From NCBI GenBank assembly GCA_963832745.1, contig CAWHVC010000001.1:256001-320000 (forward strand): a DNA stretch of 64,000 bases, in the 5' to 3' direction. Source of the stretch: Candidatus Bathyarchaeota archaeon (lineage in GTDB: Archaea > Thermoproteota > Bathyarchaeia > Bathyarchaeales > Bathycorpusculaceae). Positions 58,799 to 64,000 of the stretch are shown one piece after another (the first letter of the stretch is position 1; each line of letters starts with the position of its first letter). The position numbers were made by a program, and so were the translations under genes. The notes below the pieces were generated by a model. The model was not told the origin of the DNA. It ran no database searches and worked only from the letters and a program-made list of their open reading frames with translations.

Positions 58799-61327
58799 TT
58801 ATTTCTTTCTGAGGATCAACAGACCAACAATTGCAACTACTGCAATAATTGCAATACCCATACCGATTGTGTACATTTCGTATGGTGTGTTTGCAATTTG
58901 TGTTGGTGTTGCTGTTGGTTGTGCTGCTGCGACTGTCATTGCATTTTGTGCGTATGAGCTGTAGTATGCTGCTGAGCCTGCGAATGTTGCATAGATTGTG
59001 TATTGTCCGTCAGTTGTTGGGGTAAATTCAAATGCGAAGTGACCGCTTGCATCGCTTGTTGTGTCACCGAGGTGTACTGGGTTACCGTTTGGATCAGTTG
59101 CATCGATTGAGATTGCGACACCTGTTGCGCTCATTGGTTGTGAGAATTGCTTGTATACGTAAAGCATCCATTCGCTTTGGTATTGGTCTGCAACGACTGG
59201 AACACCGTTCGGGAATCTTAATTGTAGTGCGTCACTTGAAACGCCTGGTGAGTTGTCCATGATTGTTCCTTTAAGCATAACTGCTGTGTTTGCTGCAACT
59301 GCTGTATCTGGTGCTGTAAGTGTCATTGTGCTTGGACCTTTGCCGATTGCATAGATTTGTTGGTCGTATGTGTCCATTGTTGCGATGATGCTGTCACCGA
59401 TGAGTGCGCGTCCACCCCATCTTGTTTGGCGGAATAGACCATTTGCTCTCCAGACCATTGCGCCTGTTTCTGCATCAAGTGCAAAGAACGGTGCGCCTCT
59501 TGGTTTAGGATCAAGTGCAGAGTGCTCTAAGCTACCAAAGTAAATCTTACCGTCTGAAACGAATAGTGGCATGATCCACCAGTTGTTTGTTAGGTATGAT
59601 TCGTGGTATGGGTCGTTTGCTGTTACGTTCCATTTGAGGTTGCCTGTGTTGATGTCATAGCAGTATACGATACCGCCGACGGTTGCTGAGTATAGGTTGT
59701 GGTATGCAATAACACGGTCAGGACCGAATGATGCTAGTACTGTGTCACTCCATGCGTCTGCATAGACTTGTGGTGCTGTCTTCCAAAGGTATGTACCGTT
59801 TGAAAGGCTGTATGCATAGTGAACTCTGTTTTCTTTTGACCAGAAGATTGCAACATTGTCCTCTTGACTCCATTGTGCCCAGCCTGCTTGGCCGATGCTG
59901 CTAATGGTTATGCTGCCTGTTCTCCATTCAGTTGGTGCTGGATTTGCAGTGTTGAATAATAATGCGCCTTCATGGCCTGTAGCTAAGCTGAATGCCCATA
60001 ATTGAACAGTGTCGTATGATACGCTGGCTAGAATTACTTTGTCACCGACGTATGCTTTTTGGATTGTTGTGTTGCCTGTTGCTGGGAATGTTCCGGCTGC
60101 TGCTGTGTTGTATGCTGGAATTGAAACGTTCAAGTCGTATCCGCGTGCTGTTGCATCGTAGGATACACCTTGGACTTGGCTACCCCAGCTTTCTGACATG
60201 CCGACTTTGCCTTTAGTTACAACATAGCTTGAGTTCCATTGTAGTAATCTGTAATCTGGGTTTGTTGAGTTTCCGTAGTTAACGATTGAGTATTTCATGA
60301 TTTCGCCGTTTGGACCGATGTAGTTGGTTCCGCCTGGTACGTTGGTCATGTTGTATCTCAAGATACCGCTTTCAGCGTCTACACCATACCAGGTGGTACC
60401 GCTAACTAGCCATATGTATGAGAATGCACCACGGTTGTTTAGACAGTCCCAGTATAGGGTTTGTCCGATGGATATTCTACCACCGCCGAAGCCATAGTTG
60501 TTTTCCCACAGAGTTTTGCCTGTGTGTAGGTCAACTGCAACGATTGTTTGTGTTGGTGCGTTGCTGACATATCTGTTATAGTATAGAACGCCGCTAATTA
60601 TGACTGAACCTGAGAATTTGCCTTCATAAGCGTCACCGTTCTGGTAACCGTGGTCGCCAGTGTCGCCGCCTACTAGACCGCCGTTAGTGTCGCCAATTGG
60701 CATAGTCCAAAGAATGTGTGCTGTTTCTGGTGCATCATTGTATGGTGCATATAGATTTTCTGGTCTTGTTGTCCAGCTGCCAGAGATTGACCACCATTCA
60801 CGAAGTTGTGAATCAATTGGTCTTGTCCAGTATTCAGTTGGAAGTGATTGACCCGGATAGGTTGGAACTGCGTCTTGTTGTACAGTTAGGTTTAGAACTT
60901 CGCTGTCAGCTGCGCCATAGAGTCCGCCCATTTGAGTGCCGTAAGAATTGAATGTATAGTTAGTTTCTGGGAAGTGACATTGTAACTGGTAAGTGCCGAC
61001 TTTCTCTGGTGTAAAGTATTGACCGACTGTGCCGGTTGACCATGTTTTCAGTGGACCGATTGTTGTAACTTGTCCGTCTGGATCAGTGATTGTACATGTG
61101 ACGTTCCAGCCATCACCGTCAGCGGCCAGATAGTTTAGGAGACCGAAGTTAACCAAAACTTTTTGACCGACGCCGACTGGGTTTGGAATTGCGTCAACAA
61201 ATGGATAAGCTGTGATTGTGTCTGCTGCAGTAACAGTGTTTGGCAATGCAAACATTGAGACAGTAAATGACAATACCATCAATATTGCGAGTGTTGAAAG
61301 TACAGTTTTACTTTTAAAATTTTTCAA
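58799..61327 (-). CDS. Large secreted PQQ-like beta-propeller surface protein with Ig-like termini
   Basis: Signal peptide; PNPVGVGQ; LPTEYWTRPI; repeated (A/C)(V/Y)D..TG...W blades; DQQIYAIGKGPS; C-terminal TM plus RKK. Confidence 0.88.
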   Translation of the reverse strand: MKNFKSKTVLSTLAILMVLSFTVSMFALPNTVTAADTITAYPFVDAIPNPVGVGQKVLVNFGLLNYLAADGDGWNVTCTITDPDGQVTTIGPLKTWSTGTVGQYFTPEKVGTYQLQCHFPETNYTFNSYGTQMGGLYGAADSEVLNLTVQQDAVPTYPGQSLPTEYWTRPIDSQLREWWSISGSWTTRPENLYAPYNDAPETAHILWTMPIGDTNGGLVGGDTGDHGYQNGDAYEGKFSGSVIISGVLYYNRYVSNAPTQTIVAVDLHTGKTLWENNYGFGGGRISIGQTLYWDCLNNRGAFSYIWLVSGTTWYGVDAESGILRYNMTNVPGGTNYIGPNGEIMKYSIVNYGNSTNPDYRLLQWNSSYVVTKGKVGMSESWGSQVQGVSYDATARGYDLNVSIPAYNTAAAGTFPATGNTTIQKAYVGDKVILASVSYDTVQLWAFSLATGHEGALLFNTANPAPTEWRTGSITISSIGQAGWAQWSQEDNVAIFWSKENRVHYAYSLSNGTYLWKTAPQVYADAWSDTVLASFGPDRVIAYHNLYSATVGGIVYCYDINTGNLKWNVTANDPYHESYLTNNWWIMPLFVSDGKIYFGSLEHSALDPKPRGAPFFALDAETGAMVWRANGLFRQTRWGGRALIGDSIIATMDTYDQQIYAIGKGPSTMTLTAPDTAVAANTAVMLKGTIMDNSPGVSSDALQLRFPNGVPVVADQYQSEWMLYVYKQFSQPMSATGVAISIDATDPNGNPVHLGDTTSDASGHFAFEFTPTTDGQYTIYATFAGSAAYYSSYAQNAMTVAAAQPTATPTQIANTPYEMYTIGMGIAIIAVVAIVGLLILRKK

Positions 61328-61569
61328 TTTTTTTCTTTTTCTCCATTAGTTTATATCTCAGAAAAATAACTAAATTGCTATTTAACTCTTATTGTTAATC
61401 ATTAGTTCAAGTAATCGAATCCCTCCGAGCTGAAGTATAGATTCATTAGAAAAGTAAACCAAAGGGATAACTAAACAAACAGCTACTTAAAAGAAGGCTT
61501 TTACAAACAAAAAACGATTGTAAATTAGGCATTTGATAACACAAGAGCTTAATAAGCCTTATGGCATGA

Positions 61570-61920
61570 ATGAACTGGATGGACACATTCAAACCAACAA
61601 TAGTTTGGCTTATCCTAAACAGCAAAACAGAAGAAGCCTTAACACTACTTTCAGAACATTACAACATAAAAACGCCAAAACTAAAAGTAGGTTTACCCAA
61701 AGGTCACAAAGCATTAGCATACGGCTGCTACACCTCAAAAACCGAAACAATAACCGTTCTAAACAGTGAAATGCTAAACAACCCCTTCGTCATACTTCAC
61801 GAGTTTTATCATCACCTCAGAAGCAGAGGAGTTGATAAAATCCACAGAGGCACAGAAAAAAATGCAGATAAATTCGCGTTAGATTTTATCGAGACATACA
61901 AGCTAGCAGCAAATTCATAA
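61570..61920 (+). CDS. Small zincin-like (HExxH) protein
   Basis: VILHEFYHHL...E..AD.FA. Confidence 0.75.
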   Translation: MNWMDTFKPTIVWLILNSKTEEALTLLSEHYNIKTPKLKVGLPKGHKALAYGCYTSKTETITVLNSEMLNNPFVILHEFYHHLRSRGVDKIHRGTEKNADKFALDFIETYKLAANS

Positions 61921-61929
61921 AACAAGCGC

Positions 61930-62322
61930 TTATTCGTCTGTAACTTGTACGGGCAATTTTTCGCCATAACAATTATAAGCTACAATGTCACGCTCGCTTT
62001 GGTAGGGAAAACCTACAATCATCATTATTCGACCATAGAAATGGTTAGCGTCAACATCTGAAGCAGATTTATTTCCTGACGGATGCGAATGAACCATACC
62101 CATAATCGAAAAATCCATCGGCAACATGTGATAAGGCAAATTAGCAAAACCATAACCGTAAGTCGCAAATGGCGGCACAAGCAGATCAGTAATGTGAATT
62201 GTGTCTTTCTTCTTTTTACCTCTTAAAATAAGCACGGTTTCTTTTGGGTAAAGCTGCTTTGCGCTTTCAAAAATCGCTTCCAGCACTTCTCGGGTTATTG
62301 AGACGGCTATAGTTTTTGCCAT
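61930..62322 (-). CDS. JAB/MPN+ (Mov34) metalloprotease
   Basis: YPKE...HSHPSGNKSASDVD JAMM motif; the ATG at 62322 is preferred over the long upstream extension. Confidence 0.88.
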   Translation of the reverse strand: MAKTIAVSITREVLEAIFESAKQLYPKETVLILRGKKKKDTIHITDLLVPPFATYGYGFANLPYHMLPMDFSIMGMVHSHPSGNKSASDVDANHFYGRIMMIVGFPYQSERDIVAYNCYGEKLPVQVTDE

Positions 62323-62633
62323 AGAACGCAAATCATCGTGGACGTTTATTTGTTTTTCCCAAAATGGCGTTCGGCAGTGAGAAATATCAATGCAGAACAG
62401 TCTTGTACTATTTTTTAGAACAAACGGATAACTTGCCAAATTGAAGATAAACAGGTTGTAGTTTGGGGAAGAGCAAATTAGAAAACTTTGCACTCACAAA
62501 AATAATTCAACCAACAGTCAAATTATCTAAGTTACCTAAAAAGACAGCAAAGGAATAGTATATGCTAAAATACATAATCAAACAAGCAAACACAACAGAA
62601 ATAAACCAGAAGAATGATTACTGTTAAACCGTT

Positions 62634-62718
62634 GCCGGGATGGCAGAGTGGTTAACGCGCGGGCCTTGAGAGCCCGTGGATCATCCGGTCCGCATGGGTT
62701 CGAATCCCATTCCCGGCG
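62634..62718 (+). tRNA. tRNA-Ser(TGA)
   Basis: GCCGGGA...TCCCGGC-G; anticodon arm CGGGC-CTTGAGA-GCCCG; long variable arm; GGTTCGAATCC. Confidence 0.96.
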
Positions 62719-62736
62719 CCTAATTGTTCCAAACAA

Positions 62737-63258
62737 TTAATGTTTTTGTTGCTTTATCTTCTGTGTTAAAGCCAAAAGCCCCTTGATTATTTCTTTGGGA
62801 TTAGGAGGATTGCCAGGGATTTTTAGATCAACACTAAAAACTTTATCTGCACAGCCCAATACAGCGTAAGATTCGTTAAGGATTCCCGTTCCACATGCAT
62901 CGTCGCCGACTGCTACCACAAATTTGGGGTTTGGCATGGCGTCGTAGGTTTTTTTGACAGCGATTTCCATATTACGGGTGATTGCTCCAGTTACAATGAG
63001 AACGTCTGCGTGTCTTGGCGAGGCAACAAAGGTGATGCCGAAACGTTCAACGTCGTAATATGGCGTGGAAAGATTGTTTAGTTCGATTTCTGTGGCGTTG
63101 TCGCTTCCGCTATCGAGTTCACGGATTGCAAGGCTTTTACCGATGCAGCGGTCAACGTGACGTTTGAGTTCTATTCCTAAGGCTTCAAATTCGGCGTCTC
63201 GGAAAAGGATTGGTTCAGTTTTTTTCTTTTTGAAGACGACGGTTAAGTTTTTTGCCAT
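62737..63258 (-). CDS. NuoB/HycG-like small subunit of an Ehr (energy-converting hydrogenase-related) complex, Fe-S cysteines absent
   Basis: YDVERFGITFVASPRHADVLIVTGAITRNM...TYDAMPNPK.VVAVG signature, but GSDNATE, GDDA and PGNPP replace the Cys motifs. Confidence 0.9.
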   Translation of the reverse strand: MAKNLTVVFKKKKTEPILFRDAEFEALGIELKRHVDRCIGKSLAIRELDSGSDNATEIELNNLSTPYYDVERFGITFVASPRHADVLIVTGAITRNMEIAVKKTYDAMPNPKFVVAVGDDACGTGILNESYAVLGCADKVFSVDLKIPGNPPNPKEIIKGLLALTQKIKQQKH

Positions 63259-63270
63259 GTCATGTTTCTC

Positions 63271-64000
63271 CTATAGGTCGGTTCCAGCATAGGATAAGTT
63301 CATGCTTTTGTTGATTAATGGAAAATCGGGCACGATGTTGCCCAATACAGCGTGTTCGATGGCTTGCCAGTTGCAGAAAGATGCTGTTCTAACTTTATAA
63401 CGGTCGATTACACCGTTTTTTATGTACACCCAATGGATACTTTGGCCACGAGCACATTCAACCAACGCTAAAGCATACCCGTCACACATCTGATGCGCCG
63501 TCAAAACTTCACCAACTTTTAGGTGATTAATCAAATCCTGAATCATCTTTACCGAGTCAAGGGTTTCTTGCGCTTTTAGCTCGAATCTGGAAAGCACATC
63601 GCCATTTTGCTGTGTTCGGCCTTTGAGGTTCATTTCGCCGTAGAGTCCATAGGGGTGATTTATGCGGGTGTCTATCATCCGTCCTGATGCCCTTGCGATT
63701 GGACCTGTAATGTGCAGGGGTGCAAGCAGTTCTGGTTTTACTATGCCTGTTGTTTCAAAGCGGTCGATTAAAGAAAAGTACGTGTTGTCGAGTTCTTTTG
63801 CGGTTTTCAGGCGTTTGCAAAAGCCATGCAGGTATGTATTGAGGTTTTTGAGGGTCTGTTCAGGAACATCTTTGGTTAACCCACCGATAGTAATGATACC
63901 CTTTAGGAACCTTGAGCCGGTAAGTGCCTCATTAAACCGCAATATTTCTTCTCGAAGGATAAAGAATGAGCTAGCACCAGCTGGGTAAGCTACATCCACT
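63271..64000 (-). CDS. NuoD/HycE-like large subunit of the Ehr complex (3' part; 5' end outside the window)
   Basis: GPIARASG, GDVLSR, ECARG, RYKVRTASFCNW, DFPLINKSMNLSYAGTDL; no C-terminal DPCxxC. Confidence 0.9.
   Translation of the reverse strand, partial: VDVAYPAGASSFFILREEILRFNEALTGSRFLKGIITIGGLTKDVPEQTLKNLNTYLHGFCKRLKTAKELDNTYFSLIDRFETTGIVKPELLAPLHITGPIARASGRMIDTRINHPYGLYGEMNLKGRTQQNGDVLSRFELKAQETLDSVKMIQDLINHLKVGEVLTAHQMCDGYALALVECARGQSIHWVYIKNGVIDRYKVRTASFCNWQAIEHAVLGNIVPDFPLINKSMNLSYAGTDL

Noticed and set aside
61381-61420. NikR-like half-site GTAATC upstream of the beta-propeller gene
   Set aside because: No matching half-site at the N16 spacing.
62634-62718. Possible tRNA-Sec (long variable arm, 'TGA')
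   Set aside because: Anticodon TGA reads UCA (Ser); tRNA-Sec needs anticodon TCA and an extended acceptor stem.
1-64000. CRISPR array, transposase or integrase
   Set aside because: No regularly spaced identical repeats and no recognisable recombinase or transposase ORF were seen. I did not notice a duplicated tRNA 3' end (att site) either.

Overview
Archaeal chromosomal segment, most likely Bathyarchaeia (TACK). This placement is inferred from the archaeal RNase P RNA, TFS, a CdvB/ESCRT-III paralog, BRE/TATA promoters, a methanofuran (mfnBADFE) operon and expanded families of membrane-anchored beta-propeller surface proteins. The first ~37 kb is a patchwork of singleton genes: two orphan histidine kinases, PfpI, a DapB-like protein, CBS and GYD proteins, a Na/Ca exchanger, a GT-C glycosyltransferase, a FIST protein, acetolactate decarboxylase, many unannotated small ORFs and several disrupted genes. 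The second half carries the methanofuran cluster, a Zn/Mn-type ABC importer divergent from a NikR-family regulator, a frameshifted SERCA-like Ca2+-ATPase, an AbrB-ABC exporter, a FecBCD/BtuFCD-type importer behind a perfect NikR-type operator, tRNA-Val(GAC), tRNA-Ser(TGA), a JAB protease and the 3' end of an Ehr (hydrogenase-related) operon. Most striking: (1) the Ehr small subunit has lost all four [4Fe-4S] cysteines while the large subunit lacks its C-terminal NiFe motif, suggesting a cofactor-free complex-I-like module; (2) a NikR box that recasts an 'iron/B12' ABC plus methyltransferase operon as probable nickel uptake; (3) a Pelota/aRF1 paralog with no N-terminal domain; (4) an unannotated C/D box sRNA; (5) a dispersed ~70-nt intergenic repeat; (6) a family of GYS..WY microproteins; (7) several apparent non-canonical start codons. 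No CRISPR array, integrase or transposase was seen. All calls come from reading the sequence; no database searches were run.
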